From positions 3,954 to 67,953 of the forward strand of contig CAYSYK010000004.1 of NCBI GenBank assembly GCA_964435375.1: a stretch of 64,000 nucleotides of DNA, in the 5' to 3' direction. Position 1 is the first letter of the stretch, and each line of letters starts with the position of its first letter. The translations under genes and the position numbers were made by a program. Of the stretch, positions 17,746 through 27,108 are shown one piece after another. This DNA comes from an uncultured Oscillospiraceae bacterium (GTDB lineage: Bacteria > Bacillota > Clostridia > Oscillospirales > Oscillospiraceae). A model generated the notes under the pieces. The model did not search any database. It saw nothing but the letters and a program-made list of their open reading frames with translations, and had not been told where the DNA came from.

Positions 17746-20021
17746 ATCAATATGATATTGCCTACGACACCGCCATTCACAACTGGGATGAAGCTTTGCC
17801 CATCGGCAACGGCAAAATGGGTTGCCTGCTTTACGGCGACGGGCCGATCCGTTTTTCCTTGGATCGGGTGGACTTGTGGGACACGCGCCCTCATCCGCAC
17901 ACGCAGGAAGCGGGCTTTTCCTATCGGAATCTGCTCAGACTTGCCAAAAGCGGGAGCGAAACGGACTGGCAGGAGTATTTGCGGCTGTTTGACATCATCT
18001 CGTCGGACAAGGCATATCCCTCCAAGCTGACCGCCGGACGGCTGGAACTGGATTTCGGCGTTCGGACGGAGCAGATCCGATCCCATGTGGATATTCGCCG
18101 TGCCGTGGCAACGATGGAGCTGTGCTCGCCGTGCCGTGCGCGTATTGAGGCGTTCGCCTCCGCGACGGAATTTATCGGCGTGGCACGGGTTTTCGGCACC
18201 TACCGTCTGGGATTGCACATTCCCGACTACATTTCCGGTGACGACACGGGAAGCTGCACGAATCGCTCCGGCATCGGCGCGGTCGACGTTGATGCCTGCC
18301 TGCACTACCCCCGTGCCGACATCGCGACCGACGGCGCGTTTACCTATTATCGGCAGAAAACGTTGTCCGATTTTGAGTACGGCGTTGTCGTATTTGAAAA
18401 AGAAGTTGACGATTGTCACGAGCTGTATTTTACCGTGGTGACCAATCGCGACGGCGACGACGATATGATCCGCGCCGCCGAGGCACATTTGCAATCCGTA
18501 GCCGCGCGCGGCTACGACACACTGAAGCGGGAACACATCGCATGGTGGGAACGCTACTGGGGCAAATCCGCCATCCGCATCGGCGACCGGCTGTTGGAAA
18601 AGACATATTATCGCGCTTACTACCTGTTCGCCTCCTGTTCCCGCGCGGGATTTTATCCCATGCCCCTGCAGGGTGTCTGGACGGCGGATAACGACAGTTT
18701 GCCGCCATGGAAAGGCGATTATCATCACGACACCAACACCCAGCTTTCTTATCAATCCTTCCTGAAAGCCAACCGGCTGGAAGAGGGCAGGGTATTTTTG
18801 GACTATCTTTGGTCGATGAAGGCAACGTTTGAGAACTTTGCCGAGTCCTTTTTCGGCGTGCGCGGTCTTTTGCTGCCGTCGTGCTCCACGCTGGACGGCA
18901 AACCCATCGGCGGCTGGCCGCAGTATTCCTTTTCCCCGACGATGAGCATCTGGGCGGCGCAGAGCTTTGATGAATACTACCGTTATACCGCGGATCGCGA
19001 TTTTCTGTCGGAGCGGGCTTATCCGTTCCTTGGCGAAGTGGAGCAGGCAATTTCCGGACTTTTGGAAGAAAAAGACGGCAAGCTGTATCTGCCCCTGTCC
19101 TCCTCGCCCGAAATCTTCGACACAACCCCGCAGGCATACCTTACGCCGAATTCCAATTTTGACCTCGCCCTGTTGCGTTATCTGTATCAGACGCTCGGCG
19201 GCTATGCCGACGAGCTGGCGCAAGCGGAAAAAGCGCGCTATTATCGCCAAATGCTGGCACAACTCGACGACATTGCCGTTTCCGGCGACGGCGTCGTCAT
19301 GCTCGATCGCACGCAGACACTGCGTCAATCGCATCGCCATTTTTCCCATCTGATGTGCCTGTATCCGCTGCACCTGATCAATTACGACACAGAGCAGCAC
19401 AAACGCATCTACGAAGCGTCGCTGTTGGACATTGAATTGTACGGCACGGGAATGTGGGTCGGTTTCTCTTTCGCCATGTGCGCGCAGATCTATGCCATGG
19501 CCTGCAAAGGAAACGCCGCCTATGAAAAACTGCGGCAATTTGCCAACGGATTCGTCGCGGACAACGGATTCCACCTGAACGGCGATTTTAAAAACTACGG
19601 CTATTCCACATTCCATTATCGTCCGTTCACGTTGGAAAGTCTGTTCGGCTACTGCGATGCCTTGCAGGAAATGCTTTTGCAGGAGCATCAGGGCTACATT
19701 CATTTGTTCCCCGCAATCGCGCAGGATTGGGAGAATCGGGAGCTGTCGTTTGAAAATCTGCGCAGTTACGGCGGCATTTTGGTCAGCGCAACGAAAAAGG
19801 GAACGCAGGTTCGCGCCACGCTTTGCGCGCAGAAGCCGACCTCCGTTCGCATAAAAAATGTATTTCACAGTCCCTTGCTGTGCGTCCGCGGAGAATCGAG
19901 CAGCCGAATCGTTTCGGAGCAGGACGGTTTCTTTGATCTTACGCTGGAACGCGGCACGACGACCCTTACGCCGCACGGCACGGAACACACACCCACGACC
20001 GAAAACAGGAGAAACCCGTGA
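17721..20021 (+). CDS. GH95-like alpha-L-fucosidase/L-galactosidase (cytoplasmic)
   Basis: WDEALPIGNGKMG, LQGVW, DYHHDTN, SSSPE and SHRHFSHLMCLYP correspond to GH95 motifs. Confidence 0.75.
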   Translation: MQECYQNLNQYDIAYDTAIHNWDEALPIGNGKMGCLLYGDGPIRFSLDRVDLWDTRPHPHTQEAGFSYRNLLRLAKSGSETDWQEYLRLFDIISSDKAYPSKLTAGRLELDFGVRTEQIRSHVDIRRAVATMELCSPCRARIEAFASATEFIGVARVFGTYRLGLHIPDYISGDDTGSCTNRSGIGAVDVDACLHYPRADIATDGAFTYYRQKTLSDFEYGVVVFEKEVDDCHELYFTVVTNRDGDDDMIRAAEAHLQSVAARGYDTLKREHIAWWERYWGKSAIRIGDRLLEKTYYRAYYLFASCSRAGFYPMPLQGVWTADNDSLPPWKGDYHHDTNTQLSYQSFLKANRLEEGRVFLDYLWSMKATFENFAESFFGVRGLLLPSCSTLDGKPIGGWPQYSFSPTMSIWAAQSFDEYYRYTADRDFLSERAYPFLGEVEQAISGLLEEKDGKLYLPLSSSPEIFDTTPQAYLTPNSNFDLALLRYLYQTLGGYADELAQAEKARYYRQMLAQLDDIAVSGDGVVMLDRTQTLRQSHRHFSHLMCLYPLHLINYDTEQHKRIYEASLLDIELYGTGMWVGFSFAMCAQIYAMACKGNAAYEKLRQFANGFVADNGFHLNGDFKNYGYSTFHYRPFTLESLFGYCDALQEMLLQEHQGYIHLFPAIAQDWENRELSFENLRSYGGILVSATKKGTQVRATLCAQKPTSVRIKNVFHSPLLCVRGESSSRIVSEQDGFFDLTLERGTTTLTPHGTEHTPTTENRRNP

Positions 20022-22015
20022 AAAAAGAATTTTTGAATTGCCTGCGTGTCCAGATCGTTCCCGGACATTACGAGCAGGCGCGCATTGAAAATATTGCCGA
20101 TTTTTGCGAAAAATACGGCTTTCGGAATATCATGCTGTTTATCAACGCCGAGGAATACTGCGTCGGTCACATGACGATCGAGGAAGCAAAACCTTGGATT
20201 GAAACCATGAAGCGCGCGAAGCAGGTTTTTGTCGCGCGCGGGCTGTCCGTCAGTCTCAATCCGTGGATCGAGATCGGACATCTGGATCGCGAACGCCCGC
20301 TCAAGCCGGGGCAGGACTTCACCACCATGGTCGACTACAACGGCCGACAAAGCGAAATGGTCGCCTGTCCTTTCTGCGAAAACTGGCGGCGCTATTACGG
20401 GCAGTTTTATGCCTATCTGCTGCGCGAACTGGAGCCGGAAGTCGTGTGGGTGGAGGACGATTTTCGCATCCACAACCATGCGCCTCTGGCCTACGGCGGT
20501 TGTTTCTGTCGGGAGCATATGCGCCGTTACAACGAAGCGCTTGGCAAAAATTATACGCGTGAACAATTCACGCAGCTCCTGTTTGACAAAGGCGACGCCA
20601 AGGTTCGCAAAGCATGGCTCGACGTGAACCGCCGTGTTATGGTAGATTTGGCGGACTATCTTGGAAAGGTGGTTTACGACACCACGGGCGGAAAGACAAA
20701 GGTCGGCCTGATGTCGTCCATGCACCAGCAGCACGCCACGGAGGGGCGCGACTGGCACGCAATCCATAAAGCATTGGCGCAGGGCGGCGAAATGATCGAC
20801 CGGCTGCATCTGCCCAGCTATCAGGAGATTTCCTCCAAGCAATATTATTATAACTTCAATCTGGTTCCGTATATCGGCAGAGCGTTTTTGCCGAAGGAAT
20901 GCCGCGTGCTGCCCGAGCTGGAAAACGGCTCGTTCGGCACCTTTACCAAAGAGGCACGTTTTTTGCAATTCCAGTTGGAATCGGCCATTCCGCTGTGCAT
21001 CGACGGCATGACCTATGACATTTTCGACTTTGTCGGAAACGGCACGGTAGAATCCTTCGGCTACGGTCAGGCAGTGCATGGGATCGCACCCTACCTCAAT
21101 GCCGTGCGCAATCTTTCCCTGAAATACGAAACGCTGGAGGGCATTGTCTGCCCCGTCGACGAAAAAACGGTCTATCATCGGAAAAACGTCAGCGGCTTGG
21201 ACAGCCTGTACCCCGACGAATATGATTTCTACGCCTACCTCAATGCCGTCGGCTTTACGACCGAGATCACGAAAGCCAAGCGTTTCCGCGGCAAAACCGT
21301 CGCGCTGTCGGGCGGCGGTGTGGACAATTTCACCGATGCACAACTCGACGCGCTGTTTGCCGATAATTTCGTGGTTTTGGAAGGCGGTGCCGCCATCCGA
21401 CTGATCGAGCGTGGTCTGGGACACCTGATCAAAGCGGAGGGCTATCAGCGTTTTGACAAAGAATGCCGCCTCAGCTACGAGCAAGTGGCACACGGCACGC
21501 AGATTAACGGCAGGGATGGCTACCGCGCCACCATGTTCTTCCGCGCAGGGCACTACGTTCGGCTGGAGTATACGCACGATGTCCGCGCGCTGTCGCATGT
21601 TTACGATTATCAAAATACCCTTGTCGGCTGCGGCGACGTGTACGAGCAGAATTTCCTGCTGATCCCATTTGTCATCAACACCCTGCTGCTTGAACAGTTC
21701 CACGACCTGCGCACGACGCTGCTGCGCCAAGTGCTGTTGGAGCGGACGGCTTGCGTCGTATCCACCAATTATGCCGGCCTGTACGCGTATCTCTACCGCC
21801 GCAAGCGGGAAGATGTCCTCATTCTGGTAAACAGCACAGTCAGCGATCTGCCGCAGGTAACGCCGGACATTCGTGGGCTTGACCCCGTCGACATCCGCGT
21901 CATAGACCGCAAAAGCGGCAAGCGCCGCAAGCTCGCGTTCCGAAAAGAAAACGGGCGCATTGTTTTGAATCACACCGTCGGCGCAATGACGACCTGCACC
22001 CTGATCGTAAAATAA
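20018..22015 (+). CDS. Putative glycoside hydrolase, unassigned family
   Basis: GTG start overlapping the upstream stop. Barrel-like N-terminal half (VWVEDDFR, GCFCREH, PELEN); sits among three GHs. Confidence 0.5.
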   Translation: MKKEFLNCLRVQIVPGHYEQARIENIADFCEKYGFRNIMLFINAEEYCVGHMTIEEAKPWIETMKRAKQVFVARGLSVSLNPWIEIGHLDRERPLKPGQDFTTMVDYNGRQSEMVACPFCENWRRYYGQFYAYLLRELEPEVVWVEDDFRIHNHAPLAYGGCFCREHMRRYNEALGKNYTREQFTQLLFDKGDAKVRKAWLDVNRRVMVDLADYLGKVVYDTTGGKTKVGLMSSMHQQHATEGRDWHAIHKALAQGGEMIDRLHLPSYQEISSKQYYYNFNLVPYIGRAFLPKECRVLPELENGSFGTFTKEARFLQFQLESAIPLCIDGMTYDIFDFVGNGTVESFGYGQAVHGIAPYLNAVRNLSLKYETLEGIVCPVDEKTVYHRKNVSGLDSLYPDEYDFYAYLNAVGFTTEITKAKRFRGKTVALSGGGVDNFTDAQLDALFADNFVVLEGGAAIRLIERGLGHLIKAEGYQRFDKECRLSYEQVAHGTQINGRDGYRATMFFRAGHYVRLEYTHDVRALSHVYDYQNTLVGCGDVYEQNFLLIPFVINTLLLEQFHDLRTTLLRQVLLERTACVVSTNYAGLYAYLYRRKREDVLILVNSTVSDLPQVTPDIRGLDPVDIRVIDRKSGKRRKLAFRKENGRIVLNHTVGAMTTCTLIVK

Positions 22016-22069
22016 CACGCCATTCAAAGCGCGGCGCATTTGAACGAACTCTGACAGAAGGAAACAGCC

Positions 22070-24913
22070 ATGGAAAAAGACCTTTTGGCACAATATCGCC
22101 CCATCCCGTTCTGGTCATGGAACGACAAGCTGAACCCCGAAACGCTCATCGAACAGATCCGCTGGATGAAGCAAATGGGACTCGGCGGCTTTTTCATGCA
22201 CGCGCGCGCCGGTCTGCAAACGCAATATCTGTCCGAGGAATGGTTTCACTGCATTGAAGTCGGTGCCGACGAAGCACAAGCGCAAGCGATGCGCGCATGG
22301 ATATACGACGAAAACGGCTGGCCGAGCGGTTTCGTCGGCGGCAAGCTGTTGCAGGCGGAAGAAAACCACGATTGGTTGATTGAATCGCGCGAGGGCGCGT
22401 TTGACGCACAGGCCACCGTCAGCTATTTTACGGGCGCAGACGAACTCGTGCGCGTGTCCGAGCCGATATCGGACACGCCGCACTATCTGAACCTTTATCT
22501 GCGCACGGCCGCATCTACGGTGGATATTTTGAATCCGAATGTGGTGGAGCAATTTCTTTCTTTGACGCACACGGAATATCAAAAACGATTCGGCGCCGAT
22601 TTTTCCAAGAAAATTGCCGGTTTTTTCACGGATGAGCCACAGTACCAGCGTTGGGGGACGCCGTATACCAAACAAATCGCCCTGTATTTCCGCGAAAATT
22701 ACGACGAGGACATTCTCGACGGACTGGGTCTGCTGTTCGTGGAAAAAATCGGCTACCGCCGATTCCGCTATCGGTATTGGAAAGCTATGCAGGAATTGAT
22801 GCTGCATAGCTACAGCGAACGCGTGTACCGCTGGTGCCAAACCAACGGAGTCCGATTCACGGGACACTACATTGAAGAGACCTCGCTCGGCTATCAACTT
22901 ATGTGCTGTGGCGGCGTGATGCCTTTCTACGAATATATGGACATCCCGGGCATCGACTGGCTTGGAAAAAACACCGATGCATCGCTGTCCGCCGTGCAGG
23001 TTGCCAGCGTGGCGGCGCAATTGGGCAAAAAACAAGTGCTGACGGAAACCTTCGCTTGCTGCGGCTGGGATGTGAAGCCCTCCGAACTGCGCCGCGTGGC
23101 CGGCTACCAGTATGTGCACGGCGTCAATTTGCTGTGCTGTCACCTGATCCCGTACAGCGAGCGCGGCACGCGAAAATACGATTATCCCGCGCATTATTCC
23201 GCCATAAACCCTTGGATTTCCGATGGTTTTCGGACATTTAACGACTATTTCTCCCGCCTCGGCTATTTGCTGGGTGAGGGGGAGCAGCACGTAAGCGTCG
23301 CCGTTTTGCATCCCATTCGAAGCGCATATTTTTCCTATAAGCGCGCACTTGAAAACAGCGGATTCGGCGTTGCCGAGTTGGATAAGGCGCTGCATTCCGC
23401 GGCCAAGCTCCTAGAGCGGCACGGCATCGCCTATCATTATCTGGATGAGACCCTGCTTGCAAAATACGGGTTCGTCGAAAACGCCGCCATCGGTTGCGGC
23501 AACTGCAAATACACCTATTTGATTTTGCCCAAACTGCTAACCATGGACGCGACCACGGAAAAGCTGCTGCGTCAATTCGTATCGCAGGGCGGCAAGGTCT
23601 TACTGCTGGATGAAAAGCCCGCATATCTGGAAGCGGAGCCGTTCGACTATCCCTATCTGGAAAGCAACTGCACCCTGTGCGACATTTTGCGGGATATGCC
23701 GTTCCGCGTGGAGGCTACGGATACGGAACTTTGCTACGCCTATCGCACCATGGACGAGCGAAAATATCTTTACGTTATCAATCCCTCCCGGACGCAGACC
23801 TTTTCCCAGAAATTCGATTTCGGAGAAAGCGTGCGCGCTTTCACGCGGGTACACCTGCAAGACCTTTCCACGCAACGGATTTCCCTTTCCGTCACGTTGC
23901 AGCCGGGGGAGGACGCACTTCTGTTTTGCAGCACACGCGAAGCCGAAAAGCCCCGCGCCTTGCAGCCATATCCCTTCCGTTTTACGCAGGCGACGGTCGA
24001 ATTTTCACAAAATGCACTGATTGTGGACTGCGTTTCCTATTCTTACGACGGCATCCATTATTCCAAGCCGTGGCCCTGCCCGGCGCTGTTCCAAAAACTT
24101 TTGAAAGAACGATTTGCCGGCAGAATTTTCCTGCGCTATGCCTTCAAGATCGAGCAGGTGCCGAACGCAATCCTGCTGCAATCGGAAAACAGCCACGATC
24201 TTCGCGCATGGATCAACGGCATCCCGCTGACGGAAAAACTTCCCTCGCGCGAATCTTACGAAACTCTGTACGACATCTCAAAACACGTAAAACCCGGCAT
24301 CAATCACTACACCGTCTCGGTACTGTGGCACGAGGACGCCTCCGTCTATCGCACGCTTTTCGCGAAGGATGCAACGGAAGGGCTGAAAAACTGCATTGCC
24401 TACGATTCGGAACTGCAGCCGATCTATCTGCTGGGCGATTTCGGCGTTTATCCGAAATCCGGCTATCGGGATACCGAGCCGAATTTTGTCGAGGCCGACG
24501 ATTTCTACATCGGAAAGGTGCCCGAAACCGTCTCGGACATCACCACGGACGGATTCCCGTTCTTTTCCGGGCAGATCACCCTTTGCCGGGCATTCGATCT
24601 GGCGCGAACGGACGTTTCTCTGCATCTGCTCGGCGAATATCTATCGGCCGAGGTAACGATCAACGGCACTGACAAGGGCAGACTCTTGTTTGACACGCAA
24701 ATGGACATATCCGACGTGGCCGTGGTGGGCACGAATACCATCCGCGTCCGCTTTCAGATCAGCAACCGCAACCGAATGGGGCCGCACCACATGGTCGGCG
24801 GAAAAACATGGGGCGTTTCCCCGTGGAGCTTTGAAATGTTCGGTTCTTGGAACGACGACAAGAGCGACGCTTACCACGACGGCTATGATTTAAAACTGTT
24901 CTACGCACGATAA
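22070..24913 (+). CDS. GH106-like alpha-L-rhamnosidase
   Basis: RPIPFWSWND, GLGGFFMHARAG, WIYDENGWPSG, FFTDEPQ and PGIDWL motifs. Confidence 0.72.
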   Translation: MEKDLLAQYRPIPFWSWNDKLNPETLIEQIRWMKQMGLGGFFMHARAGLQTQYLSEEWFHCIEVGADEAQAQAMRAWIYDENGWPSGFVGGKLLQAEENHDWLIESREGAFDAQATVSYFTGADELVRVSEPISDTPHYLNLYLRTAASTVDILNPNVVEQFLSLTHTEYQKRFGADFSKKIAGFFTDEPQYQRWGTPYTKQIALYFRENYDEDILDGLGLLFVEKIGYRRFRYRYWKAMQELMLHSYSERVYRWCQTNGVRFTGHYIEETSLGYQLMCCGGVMPFYEYMDIPGIDWLGKNTDASLSAVQVASVAAQLGKKQVLTETFACCGWDVKPSELRRVAGYQYVHGVNLLCCHLIPYSERGTRKYDYPAHYSAINPWISDGFRTFNDYFSRLGYLLGEGEQHVSVAVLHPIRSAYFSYKRALENSGFGVAELDKALHSAAKLLERHGIAYHYLDETLLAKYGFVENAAIGCGNCKYTYLILPKLLTMDATTEKLLRQFVSQGGKVLLLDEKPAYLEAEPFDYPYLESNCTLCDILRDMPFRVEATDTELCYAYRTMDERKYLYVINPSRTQTFSQKFDFGESVRAFTRVHLQDLSTQRISLSVTLQPGEDALLFCSTREAEKPRALQPYPFRFTQATVEFSQNALIVDCVSYSYDGIHYSKPWPCPALFQKLLKERFAGRIFLRYAFKIEQVPNAILLQSENSHDLRAWINGIPLTEKLPSRESYETLYDISKHVKPGINHYTVSVLWHEDASVYRTLFAKDATEGLKNCIAYDSELQPIYLLGDFGVYPKSGYRDTEPNFVEADDFYIGKVPETVSDITTDGFPFFSGQITLCRAFDLARTDVSLHLLGEYLSAEVTINGTDKGRLLFDTQMDISDVAVVGTNTIRVRFQISNRNRMGPHHMVGGKTWGVSPWSFEMFGSWNDDKSDAYHDGYDLKLFYAR

Positions 24914-24955
24914 CGCTCCCAAAAACAGGCATGGGGATATATAGGAGGAATCAAT

Positions 24956-26206
24956 GTGAGTTACGTAAATGCGAAAGAAAAATATGCCGCCATCGGCGTA
25001 GATACCGAAGCGGCCATGGAAAGGTTGCAGCGCACGCCCCTGTCGCTGCACTGCTGGCAGGGCGATGATGTCCGCGGCTTTGATACGGACCCAACCAAGC
25101 CCCTGACGGGCGGCATCCAGACCACGGGCAACTATCCCGGCAGAGCACGGACGCCCGACGAGCTGATGGCCGACATGGAAGTGGTTCTGAAGCTCTGCCC
25201 CGGAACGAAAAAACTCAATCTCCACGCAAGCTATGCCATTTTTGAAGACAGCGACTGGGCAGATCGGGACAAGCTGGAACCGAAACACTTCAAAAAGTGG
25301 GTGGATTTCTGCAAAAAGCACGGTCTGGGTGCAGATTTTAACCCCACCTTTTTCTCTCATCCCAAGGCAAACGGCCTAACGCTTTCTTCGCCTGATGAAG
25401 AAATTCGCCGTTTCTGGATCGACCACGGCAAGGCCTGCGTCCGTATCTCTCAGTATCTGGCAGAGGAATTGGGACAGCCTTGCACCATGAATATTTGGAC
25501 AGGCGACGGCTTCAAGGACATTCCTGCTGACCGCATGGGGCCCCGCCTCCGCTACAAAGAGGCCATCGACGAAATCCTGTCCGAACCGTACGACTTCCGT
25601 CTGGTCAAGCCCTGTATTGAGTCAAAAGTTTTCGGCATCGGTGTGGAAAGCTACACCGTCGGTTCTGCGGAGTTTAGCCTGAGCTATGCCGCGATGAATA
25701 AGGAAAAGTGCATTCCTCTGATGGACAACGGCCACTACCATCCCACGGAAGTGGTGTCCGACAAAATTCCCGCCTTGCTTGCCTTCTTCCCGGAAATCGC
25801 CTTGCACATCACCCGTCCCGTCCGCTGGGACAGTGATCATGTGGTGCTGTTCGACGACGAAACCAAGGAAATCTGCAAAGAGATCGTCCGTTGCGGCGGT
25901 TTGGACGGTCGAGTGCATATGGCACTGGATTATTTCGATGCCTCCGTCAACCGCATTGCCGCATGGGTCACAGGCTTCCGCAATGTGCAAAAGAGCTTGC
26001 TGTACGCACTGCTGACCCCCGATATGACCGATAAGCAGGACAACAACGACTGGACAAGTCTGCTGGTTTATCAGGAAGAACTGAAAACCATGCCCTTCGG
26101 GGAAATCTGGGCAGAGTATTGCCGCAGAAACGGTGTGTCGGAGGATGGCGCATGGCTGAGCGCAGTTCGGGAATACGAAAAGACGGTCTTGGAGGCGAGA
26201 GCATGA
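24956..26206 (+). CDS. rhaA: L-rhamnose isomerase
   Basis: SLHCWQGDDVRGF, GNYPGRAR, IESKVFGIGVESYTVGS and RPVRWDSDHV motifs. Confidence 0.95.
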   Translation: MSYVNAKEKYAAIGVDTEAAMERLQRTPLSLHCWQGDDVRGFDTDPTKPLTGGIQTTGNYPGRARTPDELMADMEVVLKLCPGTKKLNLHASYAIFEDSDWADRDKLEPKHFKKWVDFCKKHGLGADFNPTFFSHPKANGLTLSSPDEEIRRFWIDHGKACVRISQYLAEELGQPCTMNIWTGDGFKDIPADRMGPRLRYKEAIDEILSEPYDFRLVKPCIESKVFGIGVESYTVGSAEFSLSYAAMNKEKCIPLMDNGHYHPTEVVSDKIPALLAFFPEIALHITRPVRWDSDHVVLFDDETKEICKEIVRCGGLDGRVHMALDYFDASVNRIAAWVTGFRNVQKSLLYALLTPDMTDKQDNNDWTSLLVYQEELKTMPFGEIWAEYCRRNGVSEDGAWLSAVREYEKTVLEARA

Positions 26207-27015
26207 ACGATATTTTGACGGCACCGTGGATGGTGGAGATGATCCGCACCACCACCAATATGTATGCCCACGGTTGGGATGAACGCAACGGCGGCAATGT
26301 GAGCCTGCTGTTGGAGGAAAATCAGGTGGGGGAGTATCTGAATACGAAAAATGTCCAGCGTGTCATCCCTACCGGCTTTTCCTGCCCGGAACTGGAGGGC
26401 AAGTATTTCCTTGTCACCGGCACGGGAAAGTATTTCAAAAACGTGCAGTATGCCCCGGAGGTCAATCTGGGTCTGGTGCGACTGGCGGACGAGGGAAGAA
26501 AAGCGGAACTTCTGTGGGGCTATGCCGACGGCGGCAAATTCACCTCCGAATTTCCCGCTCACATGATGAGCCATGCCGCCCGGCTGAAAATTGATCCCAA
26601 TAATCGTGTGGTAATGCACTGCCATCCGGCAAATCTGCTGGCCATGACCTATGTTCATCGCTTGGAGGAACGGGAGTTCACCAGAACCCTGTGGCAGATG
26701 TGCACCGAGTGCATCGTGGTGTTCCCGGACGGCGTAAATGTACTGCCGTGGATGCTCTGCGGCACGAATGAGATCGGCATGGCCACCGCCAAGAAGATGG
26801 AAACTGCCCGACTGGTGGTGTGGGCGCAACACGGGATTTACGGCGCGGGCAAGGATTTGGACGAGACCTTCGGCCTGATCGAAACCGCCGAAAAAGCCGC
26901 GGAAATCTATATGAAGATCGCCCATTTGCCCCGTGTCAACACCATCACCGACGACCAACTGAAACTGCTGGCCGATGCCTTTGGCGTTGCATACCGGAAG
27001 AATTATCTGAATTGA
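26203..27015 (+). CDS. rhaD: Rhamnulose-1-phosphate aldolase
   Basis: GWDERNGGNVS, VTGTGKYF, TSEFPAH and MHCHP motifs. ATGA overlap with rhaA; start moved to 26203. Confidence 0.95.
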   Translation: MNDILTAPWMVEMIRTTTNMYAHGWDERNGGNVSLLLEENQVGEYLNTKNVQRVIPTGFSCPELEGKYFLVTGTGKYFKNVQYAPEVNLGLVRLADEGRKAELLWGYADGGKFTSEFPAHMMSHAARLKIDPNNRVVMHCHPANLLAMTYVHRLEEREFTRTLWQMCTECIVVFPDGVNVLPWMLCGTNEIGMATAKKMETARLVVWAQHGIYGAGKDLDETFGLIETAEKAAEIYMKIAHLPRVNTITDDQLKLLADAFGVAYRKNYLN

Positions 27016-27064
27016 TTCGTCGCGACGGCCGCTTTCCGGCGGGCAATCGCACGCAAACAATTAC

Positions 27065-27102
27065 AAAAACGGAGCGTTCCCGATGCGGAATGCTCCGTTT
27101 TT
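27065..27102. terminator. Bidirectional intrinsic terminator between rhaD and recG
   Basis: AAAAACGGAGCGTTCC-6-GGAATGCTCCGTTTTT. Confidence 0.8.
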
Positions 27103-27108
27103 CCATTT

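Noticed and set aside
24950-27015. Impression that rhaA-rhaD codon style differs from the upstream locus (recent acquisition)
   Set aside because: Could not be quantified by eye, and no flanking repeats or mobility genes. Needs a codon or tetranucleotide analysis.
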